A DNA stretch of 32,000 nucleotides from Candidatus Parcubacteria bacterium. Its GTDB lineage: Bacteria; Patescibacteriota; Microgenomatia; UBA12405. Location of the stretch: contig JAEZTF010000010.1 in NCBI GenBank assembly GCA_023443725.1, positions 1-32,000 of the forward strand, given 5' to 3'. How positions within the stretch are numbered: the first letter of the stretch is position 1; each line of letters opens with the position of its first letter. This document shows positions 14,787 through 25,000 of the stretch, one piece after another. Position numbers and translations under genes: made by a program. The notes below the pieces were generated by a model. The model ran no database searches. It was not told the DNA's origin and was given only the letters and a program-made list of their open reading frames with translations.

Positions 14787-15443
14787 TTATTTTTTAAGAG
14801 AGACGATTTGTTTTATTAATCTGATTTGATGACGAAGAACGATTAGAATAGACCCAAATAAAACTGGTAGAAATAATTTTGGTTCTATAAGAGAAATAAT
14901 TGGTATAGCGATAAGTTCACCAATTAAACGACCGATGATTTGATCGGAAATTGATTGAAAAATAATTTTTGAAGTAATCTGTTGATGATTGAATATTCGA
15001 AAAATAATTTCTGTAATTAGAGATGAAAGAAAAATAATTAATAGCCAATATAAAAAAATAGAAAAACGAAAATACATTAATATTCCCATAAAACAAGCAG
15101 CTCCCCTACCGCCTTTACCTTTTAACCAAATTGGATAATTGTGTCCTAAAATAACAAATAAGGTGGAAAGAGAAGTTGTGATTGTAAAATTTAAATTAAA
15201 TTTAAGTGATAAATAAATGGCAGTAGCGGCTTTAAAACAATCAAACAACCAAACAAAAAGAAAACTGAGAATAGCCACAAATAGACCTTTTTCTTTTTTA
15301 GTAATTCGAAGAGTATTCATGGCTCCCATATTTCCAGAATCGCTAGATCGAACATCTTTTTTGGTAACAATTTTTACTAAAATAAGAGCTGTTGGAATGG
15401 AGCCTAAAAGATAAGAAATAAAACAAATTAATATATAGTTCAT
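14787..15443 (-). CDS. plsY: Acyl-phosphate:glycerol-3-phosphate acyltransferase PlsY, divergent paralog
   Basis: 218 aa, multi-pass. 'LLGSIPTALIL...SDSGNMGAMNTLR' and 'LKGKGGRGAA' correspond to the PlsY motifs. Its ATG overlaps the upstream stop (15440-15443). Confidence 0.7.
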   Translation of the reverse strand: MNYILICFISYLLGSIPTALILVKIVTKKDVRSSDSGNMGAMNTLRITKKEKGLFVAILSFLFVWLFDCFKAATAIYLSLKFNLNFTITTSLSTLFVILGHNYPIWLKGKGGRGAACFMGILMYFRFSIFLYWLLIIFLSSLITEIIFRIFNHQQITSKIIFQSISDQIIGRLIGELIAIPIISLIEPKLFLPVLFGSILIVLRHQIRLIKQIVSLKK

Positions 15444-17242
15444 ATGTTTTGAAGTAAAACTCCAATTGAAATTGAATCTGGACCTCCGTGAATTCCTAAA
15501 ACTGGAGATAATAATGAGCTATGGATAATTTCAAATTTTTTGGGATCAAGTTTTTGAATAAGTTGTCTGATAACTTTATCATCACAACTGTGTTGAATAA
15601 TTACCTTTAATGGTAAATTATTAATATTATTTTTTTTAGCTATCTGATTTAAGTATTTATTAATTAAAAAAGAAACACTTTTATGGCCAAAATAGATTCT
15701 CATAATACCGATACTTTTGGGGGTTAAATATAGTGTTGGTCGAAAATTAAATTTTTGAGCAAAGTTAACTATTTTAGCTTTGTTTCCAGCCACTCTACCA
15801 CCTTTGACAGCCCACGATATTTTGTCTGGGATGACAAAAACTTTAAGATGATTACTAACACTAAAAAGTGTTTTTTCAATTTGTTGAGATGAATAACCTT
15901 GTTTAATCAACTCAACAGCTTTGATAGTTAAAAAACCTTGTCCTGGACCAACTTGTCGGAAATCTGGAATAATAACTCGATTTTGATCTGAAGTAGGTAA
16001 AAAAGACCTAGCCTGAAGTGAACTATTGTATGAACCAGAAATAGCAGATGAGGCAGTGATACACATAACAATATTGTATTTTTGAAGTTGTTCTTTAAAA
16101 GCATTTAAAAAAGCTTGAGGTGATGGTTGTGAAGTTTTGGGCCAGCCATATTTTTCAGTTTGATTTTCAAAAAGTTTCATTTTTTGATAAATAGAAATTT
16201 TTGGATCACTTATTTTTTGATCAACTTTTTCCCATTTAGCTTTGAATTGAACTACAGAAATATCGTTTTCTAAAGTAAAGTCAGGATCTAGACTAGCGGT
16301 ACTATCGACAACTAAACCAGTTGATTGTCTGTGATCATTATTACCTTCGACTTGTTGGGTCATATCAGTAGTTTTAATATTGATGACTGTACCGTATTGA
16401 GAAATTAAATTAACTACTTCATCAGGTAAATCTGTATGGATATGAATTTTAACTTTTTGATTAGCCTGAACAATATCGAGACAATTACCGTAATTAATTA
16501 ATTGATCGATAATTTTTTCTTTAGTTATTTTTGGTGATTGGATTAAAGAAATAACTTCATAACGATGATCAATTATCTGTAGAAAACTAGTGGTTTTTTG
16601 GGATATTTTTTGGGGAATATTAAAATGATATTTTTTACCATTTAATCCATCAAGAAAACCTTCTAACATCAAAAGAAAACCATAACCACCAGCATCAACA
16701 GTATTAGTTTTTTGATATAAATCCATTTTTAATTGAGTAGCATCTAGGGAAATTTTGGCTTTTTTAATAGCTTCTTGAAGGTTTTGTTGAAAGCTGTTTT
16801 TAGTAGAATTGGAAAAACTATCATTACTTGCTTGAATAACATCTAGAATAGTTCCTTCTTTTGGGTTTTGAATTGATTCATAAGCAGATATCATGCCTTG
16901 AGAAAAAGCTTGGTTAAAATCGGAAATGGAAATATTGTTATTAGACAGGTTTGATAAAAAACCATTTAAAAAACCAGTGACAATAATACCGACATTTCCA
17001 GATGCATTACAAATGGCTCCATCAACGGCCGTGTCTCGAAGTTGAGTTATATTTGAAAATTTTTTTTGATCAATAGCGTCGTAAACTCCTTGTAAAGTGG
17101 CGGTTAAATTATCTCCTGTATCTTTATCTGGTACAGGAAACATATTAATTGAATTTATTTGTTCTTTCTTGGAAATAACTTTTTGATAAGCTGAAATTAG
17201 CATTCGACGAAGAGTTTCCGGAGTAAGAAATTGAGACTTCAT
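15440..17242 (-). CDS. DAK2-domain / DegV-like fatty acid kinase subunit (FakA/YloV-like)
   Basis: 600 aa. N-terminal DAK2/DhaL-like 'PDKDTGDNLTATL'. The C-terminal half has a DegV-type 'GLVVDSTASLDPDF...ISVV' start. Confidence 0.7.
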   Translation of the reverse strand: MKSQFLTPETLRRMLISAYQKVISKKEQINSINMFPVPDKDTGDNLTATLQGVYDAIDQKKFSNITQLRDTAVDGAICNASGNVGIIVTGFLNGFLSNLSNNNISISDFNQAFSQGMISAYESIQNPKEGTILDVIQASNDSFSNSTKNSFQQNLQEAIKKAKISLDATQLKMDLYQKTNTVDAGGYGFLLMLEGFLDGLNGKKYHFNIPQKISQKTTSFLQIIDHRYEVISLIQSPKITKEKIIDQLINYGNCLDIVQANQKVKIHIHTDLPDEVVNLISQYGTVINIKTTDMTQQVEGNNDHRQSTGLVVDSTASLDPDFTLENDISVVQFKAKWEKVDQKISDPKISIYQKMKLFENQTEKYGWPKTSQPSPQAFLNAFKEQLQKYNIVMCITASSAISGSYNSSLQARSFLPTSDQNRVIIPDFRQVGPGQGFLTIKAVELIKQGYSSQQIEKTLFSVSNHLKVFVIPDKISWAVKGGRVAGNKAKIVNFAQKFNFRPTLYLTPKSIGIMRIYFGHKSVSFLINKYLNQIAKKNNINNLPLKVIIQHSCDDKVIRQLIQKLDPKKFEIIHSSLLSPVLGIHGGPDSISIGVLLQNI

Positions 17243-17247
17243 TATGG

Positions 17248-17907
17248 TTAGAAAAATTTAGAGATAGAGTCTTGAAATTCTTTAAGTAATTTTGCCATTG
17301 GTTTTTTGGCAGCTAGTCCAACTGAAATACCAATAGCTAAACTGATAGCCAGAGCAAAACCAATAAAAATAATGATGATTAATTGAGGAACAATTTGTAA
17401 TTGAAAAAGAATAGCTAAAAATGTAAGAACTCTGATAGACCAATCAATTATCTTGGCTAAAAATCTTGAATAAGTGATTTCTTTTGAAGTTTTAGTACCA
17501 ACAACAATTTTTTGAATAAAGTCGATACTATAAATAGAAATTATAAAAATAATAATAGAAATAAAAATATTTGGGTAATAAAGAATAATCTTTGTTAAAA
17601 GATTGGATAAAGCAAAAAGACTAACGGCTTCACAAAAAAACATAGCAAAAAGAGTAATAAAAAAAAGTTGAACCACAATGGCGATTAACTTTCCAACATC
17701 AATATTTGGTTCAAATTTTTTGACTGTTCCGCTTAATCCAACTCGACTAATAGCACTATCAAAGTGAATATTTTTTAGAAATTCAAGACAAATTTTTTTG
17801 ACCCAAAAAGCAACTAGCACACCTGCTAAAAAAAGAATGAAAGCACGAATTAAATCTATTTGAGTAGTATTAGTAAGATTAAGAATATTTAAAAGAAACC
17901 AATTCAT
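17248..17907 (-). CDS. Integral membrane protein, function unknown
   Basis: 219 aa with about 5 hydrophobic helices. It sits inside the plsY-fakA operon, and its start overlaps the plsY stop (17904-17907). Confidence 0.55.
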   Translation of the reverse strand: MNWFLLNILNLTNTTQIDLIRAFILFLAGVLVAFWVKKICLEFLKNIHFDSAISRVGLSGTVKKFEPNIDVGKLIAIVVQLFFITLFAMFFCEAVSLFALSNLLTKIILYYPNIFISIIIFIISIYSIDFIQKIVVGTKTSKEITYSRFLAKIIDWSIRVLTFLAILFQLQIVPQLIIIIFIGFALAISLAIGISVGLAAKKPMAKLLKEFQDSISKFF

Positions 17908-18494
17908 ATTTTATTTTCCTTTCCTTTAATTAGTTTTTTAATATTTTTTTGGTGAGCTATAAAAATAACAAAAGTAAGAATTGTACCTATGACAATACTA
18001 GCAAAAGAATGAAATTTAATCCAGAAAAATATAGGAAATGAAATAGCCATGATTAAATTAGTTAAGCTCATGAGTCGACTAATAACTAAAATTAATAGCC
18101 AAAAAATAAACCAGATTAAAATGAATTTCCAGCCAAAAATGGCAGCTAATAAACCGTAAGTACAACTAACACCCTTACCACCCTTAAATCTTAAAAATAT
18201 AGAAAAAACATGACCGAAAATTGGTAATAAAGATAAAATTAATTTTTCAATTAAACTGACTTGAGGTAGAGAGAAAACAAATAAACAAAAAAAATATGAT
18301 TTTAAAAAATCTAAAACACCAACAATTAAAAAACCTTTGATACCAAATTTGCGAGAAATATTGGTAGCGCCAATATTACCACTACCAAATTGTCGAATAT
18401 CTAGATGATTAATTTTGCCAAAAATATATCCAAAAGGAATGCTACCAATTAAATAACCTAAAAAGAAAAGAACTACAAAATAGATGTTCACCAA
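17904..18494 (-). CDS. plsY: Acyl-phosphate:glycerol-3-phosphate acyltransferase PlsY
   Basis: 196 aa. 'GYLIGSIPFGYIFGK...DIRQFGSGNIGATN' and 'FKGGKGV' are canonical PlsY motifs. Confidence 0.9.
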   Translation of the reverse strand: MVNIYFVVLFFLGYLIGSIPFGYIFGKINHLDIRQFGSGNIGATNISRKFGIKGFLIVGVLDFLKSYFFCLFVFSLPQVSLIEKLILSLLPIFGHVFSIFLRFKGGKGVSCTYGLLAAIFGWKFILIWFIFWLLILVISRLMSLTNLIMAISFPIFFWIKFHSFASIVIGTILTFVIFIAHQKNIKKLIKGKENKI

Positions 18495-19193
18495 ATGATT
18501 ATATTCGATAATGAGGTAAAATGGGAAATGGAAGTAAAGATAGAGGAAAGCTGGAAAAAAGTTCTAAAAAAAGAATTTGATGAAAAATATTTTGAAGAAT
18601 TAATTAGTTTTGTAAAGTCGGAGTATCAAAAAACAACTGTTTATCCACCAGCTAAATTTGTTTTTAATGCTTTTAATTTAACTCCATTTGATAAGGTAAA
18701 AGTAGTGATTTTAGGACAAGACCCATATCATGGACCAAATCAGGCCAATGGATTGGCTTTTTCAGTAAATAACAATATTCCAAATCCCCCATCGTTGGTT
18801 AATATTTATAAAGAGATAGAAACTGATTTGGGAATTAAAACTAAAAATATAAATGGTAATTTGGAAAATTGGGCTAAGCAAGGAGTTTTAATGTTAAACG
18901 CAACTTTAACTGTAAGAGCACATATGGCGGGGTCTCATCAAAATAAAGGTTGGGAGAAATTTACTGATACAGTAATAAAAATTTTGTCAGAACAAAAAGA
19001 AAATTTAGTATTTATTTTATGGGGAGCTTATGCTCAAAAAAAAGGCAGTGTAATTGATGAAAATAAACATATGGTGATTAGATCAGCTCATCCATCTCCA
19101 TTGTCAGCTTATAATGGTTTTTTTGGATCAAGGCCATTTTCTCAAACAAATACTTATCTGATTTTTAACGGAAAAGATCCAATTGATTGGTGA
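18495..19193 (+). CDS. ung: Uracil-DNA glycosylase, family 1
   Basis: 232 aa. 'VVILGQDPYHGPNQANGLAFSV' and 'HPSPLSA' are Ung active-site motifs. The true start may be the ATG at 18528. Confidence 0.95.
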   Translation: MIIFDNEVKWEMEVKIEESWKKVLKKEFDEKYFEELISFVKSEYQKTTVYPPAKFVFNAFNLTPFDKVKVVILGQDPYHGPNQANGLAFSVNNNIPNPPSLVNIYKEIETDLGIKTKNINGNLENWAKQGVLMLNATLTVRAHMAGSHQNKGWEKFTDTVIKILSEQKENLVFILWGAYAQKKGSVIDENKHMVIRSAHPSPLSAYNGFFGSRPFSQTNTYLIFNGKDPIDW

Positions 19194-19196
19194 TTA

Positions 19197-20279
19197 TTAG
19201 TATTCTTTAGCTGGTTCTTCACCAGTCAAAACACGAATAGTACCATCACGTAGAGCTTCTAATTCTTTTTCTCCCGGAATGACAGTAATGCCAATATTTA
19301 CTTGTTTTAAATATTGTGTAATTCTATCGGTTAAAAGTTTCCATTGAGCTATACCTCCAGTAAGGATTATTTGATCAACATGTTCTCCTTCAAAATCAGG
19401 AATGATATGGCAAATATAACGAGCAAAACCGGTAATCATTTCATCAACAATATCCTTGGTATTTTTATCTAAACTATTGTAGTTTACATTTAAATAATAA
19501 ACATCTTTTGTATTGAGAAGTGAAAATAATCCACCACCACCAAGAATTTTATGTAAAATTTCTTCTTTGGTAAATTTATTTGAAAAACATAATTCAACCA
19601 ATTGTTGTGAAGGTAGATAACCAGACCTTTCTGGTGTAAATGGACCCTCGCCAGGAATAGCATTAATGACATTAATGGTCTTTCCTTTTTTATGGGCACC
19701 AAAAGAAGAACCACCACCAAAATGAGCCACGATAAGATTCAAATCTTCATATTTTTTGCCAATAGATTTGGCATATTCTCTAGCAATGGCTTTTTGATTG
19801 AGGGCATGCCAACCAGCGTATCTTTTGATTTCTGCAATACCAGTGACTTTTTTCTTGGGTTCGATTTCATCAGTAGTGACAGGATCAACTATATAAGCTT
19901 TATCGGTAATATTAAATTTTTGAGCAACTTTTAGAGCTAGTGGTGCTCCTAAATTAGAAGCATGATTGGCTTGTGGACGATTTTTTAGATCATCAAGCAT
20001 TTTATTGTTTATTTGATAAGTTCCTGATGGAATTGGTGGTAACATACCTCCACGACCAACTACGGCGTCAAGACGATCAATATGATTTTGTTGTAATAAA
20101 TCTTCAATGGCTTGATATCGATCTTCAATTTGGTCTAGAACACTTCCAGGGCGACTAAATTTTTTTTGAAATTCTTGATCTTGAGCGTGATCGATTTTTG
20201 TTTCAAAAATGGTTTCTTGATTGTCGTAAATAGCTAATTTAGTAGTGGTTGAACCAGGGTTAATGACAAGTATTTTCAT
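19197..20279 (-). CDS. buk: Butyrate kinase (ASKHA family)
   Basis: 360 aa. 'ILVINPGSTTTKLAIYD', 'VVGRGGMLPPIPSGTY', 'HASNLGA', 'IVAHFGGGSSFGAHKKGKTINV', 'GEGPFTPERSG'. Confidence 0.85.
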   Translation of the reverse strand: MKILVINPGSTTTKLAIYDNQETIFETKIDHAQDQEFQKKFSRPGSVLDQIEDRYQAIEDLLQQNHIDRLDAVVGRGGMLPPIPSGTYQINNKMLDDLKNRPQANHASNLGAPLALKVAQKFNITDKAYIVDPVTTDEIEPKKKVTGIAEIKRYAGWHALNQKAIAREYAKSIGKKYEDLNLIVAHFGGGSSFGAHKKGKTINVINAIPGEGPFTPERSGYLPSQQLVELCFSNKFTKEEILHKILGGGGLFSLLNTKDVYYLNVNYNSLDKNTKDIVDEMITGFARYICHIIPDFEGEHVDQIILTGGIAQWKLLTDRITQYLKQVNIGITVIPGEKELEALRDGTIRVLTGEEPAKEY

Positions 20280-20886
20280 ATCTTATGATTATAATACCTA
20301 AAACAATAAAAATTAAACTTAAAAATTGGGCAAAAGTAATAATGGAAAATGAAATTGTATCAGTACGAATAAATTCGAATATAAATCTAATAGCTCCATA
20401 ATAAATTAAATAAATTGCTGTTTGGTGATGTTTTAGTTTTTTTATAAAAAAGAAAAATAAAAAAAGTAGAATTGATTCATATAACCAAATAGGTTGACCA
20501 TTGGATCCATAAATTTCGTGATTAAAAAAATTTCCCCATCGACCAATACTTTGACACAAAGGAATTATAGGAACTATAAGATTAGTAATACTTAAAAATT
20601 TGATTTTGTTTTTTTGGGAAAAAATATAAACAAAAATAATTCCGGCTATAAGTCCACCAAAGATTCCAAGTCCTCCACCACGTAGATTTAGAATTTGAAT
20701 TGGATTTTGATAAAAATAATCCCAAGCAGCGATAACTCCATAGACTCTAGCTCCGACAATAGCAGAAATAATGATTCCTAAAATAAAATAATCTTCTTTG
20801 TTTTTTGGGATTACAGAATTCTTTTTTTGAAAATAAGTTATACCAATTACCAGTGCAATGCCAATAATTAAACCGTAAAGAGACAT
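20260..20886 (-). CDS. lgt: Prolipoprotein diacylglyceryl transferase (short form)
   Basis: 208 aa. 'GARVYGV', 'LRGGGLGIFGG', 'GRWGNFFNHEIYG', 'YYGAIRFIFEFIR'. Confidence 0.8.
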   Translation of the reverse strand: MSLYGLIIGIALVIGITYFQKKNSVIPKNKEDYFILGIIISAIVGARVYGVIAAWDYFYQNPIQILNLRGGGLGIFGGLIAGIIFVYIFSQKNKIKFLSITNLIVPIIPLCQSIGRWGNFFNHEIYGSNGQPIWLYESILLFLFFFFIKKLKHHQTAIYLIYYGAIRFIFEFIRTDTISFSIITFAQFLSLIFIVLGIIIIRYENTCH

Positions 20887-20890
20887 AAAT

Positions 20891-21568
20891 TTATTTTTTT
20901 AATGGTTTTGCTGATAAACCAGAATTAATTAATCTTTGATAAGCTTTTTCAACTTTTTTATAAATTGGTTGTTTTGTCATCCAACCATATTGTGGATAAG
21001 TTTTTGTACGTTCATAATCACCTAACATAAGTTCTATCATCTTATTATTTTTACCGTCTATTTTTTGATTTAGTTTATAAAAATCAAATATGTTAGTTTC
21101 AATACTAGTGGAAAATAGATTTGGTTGTGGTTTAGGCCAATAAGCTTGTGCGGTTGCTAAAAAACGCCTAGTCATATATGGTTTATGAACTAAAATGACG
21201 TTTTTGGGTTGAATATTATGCTTTTTTAAAATGATAACTGAATTAGTGATATTTTCCGCAGTGTTTGTAGCTTTTGGCTCTAATATAATAGCAGTTTTTG
21301 GTACGCCATTTCGAATGGCGACTTTTGATAGAATTTCTGCCTCTGGTTGTTTACCGTGAAGATATGGATTGGCAAAACCAGAAAAAATAATCAGAGGTGC
21401 TATTTTCTTTTTATATAATTCAGATGCTCTAATAGCAGCGTCGATCAAGTTCCCTTCTCCGCCGACAATGATAACATCAGCTTTTTTTGGTAGTTTAACT
21501 TTCAAATTGAGATAATCCCAAATAATTTCTAAATCTTTCCAGTTTTGTTGAGAAACACTTGATTCCAT
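20891..21568 (-). CDS. DUF218 (YdcF/SanA-like) domain protein
   Basis: 225 aa. 'ADVIIVGGEG', 'IIFSG', 'EPKATNTAENI' fit the DUF218 Rossmann-like pattern. Confidence 0.65.
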   Translation of the reverse strand: MESSVSQQNWKDLEIIWDYLNLKVKLPKKADVIIVGGEGNLIDAAIRASELYKKKIAPLIIFSGFANPYLHGKQPEAEILSKVAIRNGVPKTAIILEPKATNTAENITNSVIILKKHNIQPKNVILVHKPYMTRRFLATAQAYWPKPQPNLFSTSIETNIFDFYKLNQKIDGKNNKMIELMLGDYERTKTYPQYGWMTKQPIYKKVEKAYQRLINSGLSAKPLKK

Positions 21569-21629
21569 ATAACTATATTATCATTCAAAGAATGGCCAAG
21601 AGAATAAACACCAATAGAAATAAAAAATG

Positions 21630-21702
21630 TGGGTCCTGCGGGACTCGAACCCGCGACCAATTGCTTAAAAGGCAACTGCTCTACCGACTGAGCTAAAGAC
21701 CC
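21630..21702 (-). tRNA. tRNA-Lys (anticodon UUU)
   Basis: The reverse complement folds as a cloverleaf: acceptor GGGTCTT/AGGACCC, D GCTC/GAGC, anticodon stem GTTGC/GCAAT with loop CTTTTAA, T GCGGG-TTCGAGT-CCCGC. 73 nt, no encoded CCA. Confidence 0.9.
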
Positions 21703-21720
21703 AGATTGTAAAATTTCTAA

Positions 21721-22032
21721 TTAAATCTTTCTAGCTTTTGAATCGCGAAGATAGTAAAGCTTAGCTCTTCTAATTTTGGTTTTAGGAGATCGTAATTTTT
21801 TTATACTATCAATCCAAGGGGAATTGATTGGAAAAATTCTTTCAACTTTAACATCACCAGAAGCTGCTTTTTGAACGATGAAATTTTTATTATCTTCAAG
21901 ACCTTGAATAGCTAAAATAATGCCATCGAAAGCTTGAATTCTTTCTTTATCTTTTTCTTTAATTTTATAGTTGACCTTAACAGTATCTCCGACTGAGAAG
22001 ACTTGGTCTTGATATTTAAATTGGATTGCCAT
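21721..22032 (-). CDS. rplS: 50S ribosomal protein L19
   Basis: 103 aa. 'FSVGDTVKVNYKIKE..KERIQAFDGIILA' and 'RRAKLYYLR'. Confidence 0.95.
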   Translation of the reverse strand: MAIQFKYQDQVFSVGDTVKVNYKIKEKDKERIQAFDGIILAIQGLEDNKNFIVQKAASGDVKVERIFPINSPWIDSIKKLRSPKTKIRRAKLYYLRDSKARKI

Positions 22033-22082
22033 ATTTTTTGATTTGAAATTATATCAAAATTAAACTCTGGTAGTTTATCAAG

Positions 22083-25000
22083 CTAAGGTTTTTTTAGCAA
22101 GAGTTTGTCTATTTGATCTTTTAATTCTTGGTTATAGTTTACACCGTAATTGAGAGGAATATTTTTACCATTTGGTAGGATAATAAGTCCTCTATGCCCA
22201 TTTGGATTATCTTTAAGGAGTTTATTTAACTGCATTAATTGACCTTGGCTGGTTTTATCAGGAATTTTAATCACAAAATCATATTTACTGGTGCTTTGAG
22301 GAATTTTGTCTGTTATAGTATCAACCAAAATAGATATTTCTCCTTCTCGGAGATTTATTTTCCCCTCGATATAAAAAGGTTTATTTTCAGCTAAGATTGA
22401 CTCAACGTCATTAAAAATTTTAGGGAAAATAACAGATTCTATTTCTCCAGTACTATCGGAAAGAGTGGCAAAAGCCATTTTTGAGTTATTTTTTTTGGTT
22501 CGGATAACTCTAAATTTGGTAATAACAGCGGCTAATTTGACATTACTGTTTGGTGTTTGACGAGAAACCTCTTCAATATTGGGTAGTCCTAAATCCTCAA
22601 AAGATTGAAGTATTTTGACTAATGGATTTTCTGTAACGAAAACGCCTAAAAGTTCTTTTTCTAAATGGAGTCGTTGATTTTCGTCCATTGGTTCGGTTTT
22701 AATAAAATCATCTGGTGGAGCTACAATTTTTGTATCATTATCTTCAGTTGGTTTATCAAAAAGACTGAATTGTCCATTGTTTTTTTTGGTATTTAGTTTT
22801 TCACAATCAGTTCTAATTTTATCAATTGAAGCTAAAATAGAATTTCTTTCTCCAAATTGATCCATAGCCCCAACTTTAATAAGACTTTCTAAGACTCTTT
22901 TATTAATTTTTTGGGTGTCAACTCGAAGACAAAAATCAGTAAAGCTAACAAATGGTCCATTTTCTTTACGTTCATTAATGATGTTTTCAATAGCAGCAGC
23001 ACCGACATTTTTGATAGCGCTAAGACCAAAGCGAATAGCATAACCTTCTAATGATTTTGAATTTTCTTCTATTTCAAATCCACTAAATGATTGATTGATG
23101 TCAGGTGGAGCTACAATTATGCCCATTTTACGACAACCTTCAACACCATCGGTTACTTTTTCGCTATCTCCAGATTCGGCAGTTAATAAGGCACACATAT
23201 ATTCAACTGGATAATTGGCTTTCATATAAGCTGTTCGATAAGCCAACATTCCATATGAAGCTGCATGAGCTTTGTTGAAACCATAACTAGTAAATGGTTC
23301 GATTAATTTAAAAACATTTTCGGCTTGTTCTTTGGTGTATCCATTATTAATACAACCATCGATAAATTTTATTTTTTGAGCAGCCATTTCTTCTGGAATT
23401 TTTTTACCAATAGCTTTTCTAAATTTATCAACTTCAGTCCAAGTGTAACCAGCAAGTTCGATAGCAGTATATAAACAGTCATCTTGATAAACTAAAAGAC
23501 CATAAGAACTTTTTAAAAATTTTTCCATTTTTGGATCAAAAAATTCAATTTTTGAAGGGTCACTTTTGCGAGCAATATATTCTGGAATGATAGCCATTGG
23601 ACCAGGTCGATACAAAGCCACCATAGCCATTAAATCTTCAACACGATTTGGCTTTAGTTCTTTAAGCCATTTGGTCATACCATCGCCTGATAATTGAAAA
23701 ACTCCCATAGTGTCCCCTTTTGAAAGCATGTCAAAAGTTTTTTTATCATCGAGAGGAATTTTTCGAAGATTAATATCAATATTTTTAATACGACGAACAT
23801 TTAAAACCGACTCTCCTAAAAATGACAAATTTCTAATTCCTAAAATATCGAATTTAATTAAACCAACATCTTCGGCGGCATGCATTTCATATTGAGTAAT
23901 TGTTTTATCACCACCAGTTTCTAATTGAGTAGGTGAAAATTCGTTTATAGTAGTTGGAGAAATAACGATAGCACAGGCATGAACACTAATATGGCGGGCA
24001 CAGCTTTCAATTTGTTTGGCTGTATCAATAATTCTTTTAGAGTCTGGATCAGAAGCATATAAAGCACTGAGTTCGGGGACAGTACTTAAAGCTTTATCAA
24101 TAGACATAGGAAACCCTTGAGATCCCATAGGAATAAGTTTGCTTATTTTGTCTCCAATTGCATATTCATAGCCTAAAACTCTAGCAGTATCACGAACAGC
24201 ACCTTTAGCCATCATTCTTCCAAAAGTACATATTTGAGCCACAGCGTCTTTGCCGTATTGGTCAATAATGTGATAAAGCATATCTTGTCTTTTGGTATCA
24301 GAAATATCTAAATCGATATCAGGAGGAGATGGACGATCTTTGTTTAAAAATCTTTCAAAAGGTAGTTGATAAATTAATGGATCAACAGAGGTAATACCTA
24401 AAACAAAAGCAACTAAACAACCTGCTGCAGAACCTCTCGTATTAGTCGGCGTGTCATTCTTTTCTGTCCATTGGATAAAATCTCGCATGATTAAAAAATA
24501 GGCCGCGTAACCTTTTGAACAAATGACATCAAGTTCATATTCCAATCGGTCTTTTATTTCTGAACTAATTTCCCCATAGTGTAATTTTGATTCCTCGTAA
24601 ACTAAATCTTTTAAAGTTTCCTCGGCTGTTTTTCCTTCAGGAAGTTTGAATTTAGGAAAATACCAATTACCTAATTCAATTTCTAAGTCACATTTATCAG
24701 CAATTTTTTGAGTATTTTCTATGGCATCTGGTAAATCAGCAAAGGCATCAATCATTTCTTGTGGAGATTTTATATAAAAATCATCACCAGCCTCCATCAT
24801 ACTTAATCTTTTGGTGTCATTAATAGTTGATTGAGTATTAATCATCAATAAAACGTCTTGTGCAAAAGCATCTTCTTTTTTAAGATAATGAGCGTCGTTG
24901 GTAGCTACTAAAGGAATTCCCAATTCACGGCTAATTTTGACTAACCCTTTGTTGGCAATTTCTTGAACATCAAGTTTTGGATGACGCATAACTTCCAAAT

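Noticed and set aside
15440-17242. Reading the 600-aa protein as a novel FakA-FakB (kinase + fatty-acid-binding protein) fusion.
   Set aside because: Canonical FakA/YloV proteins already end in a DegV-like domain, so the DegV-type motif in the C-terminal half does not by itself indicate a new fusion.
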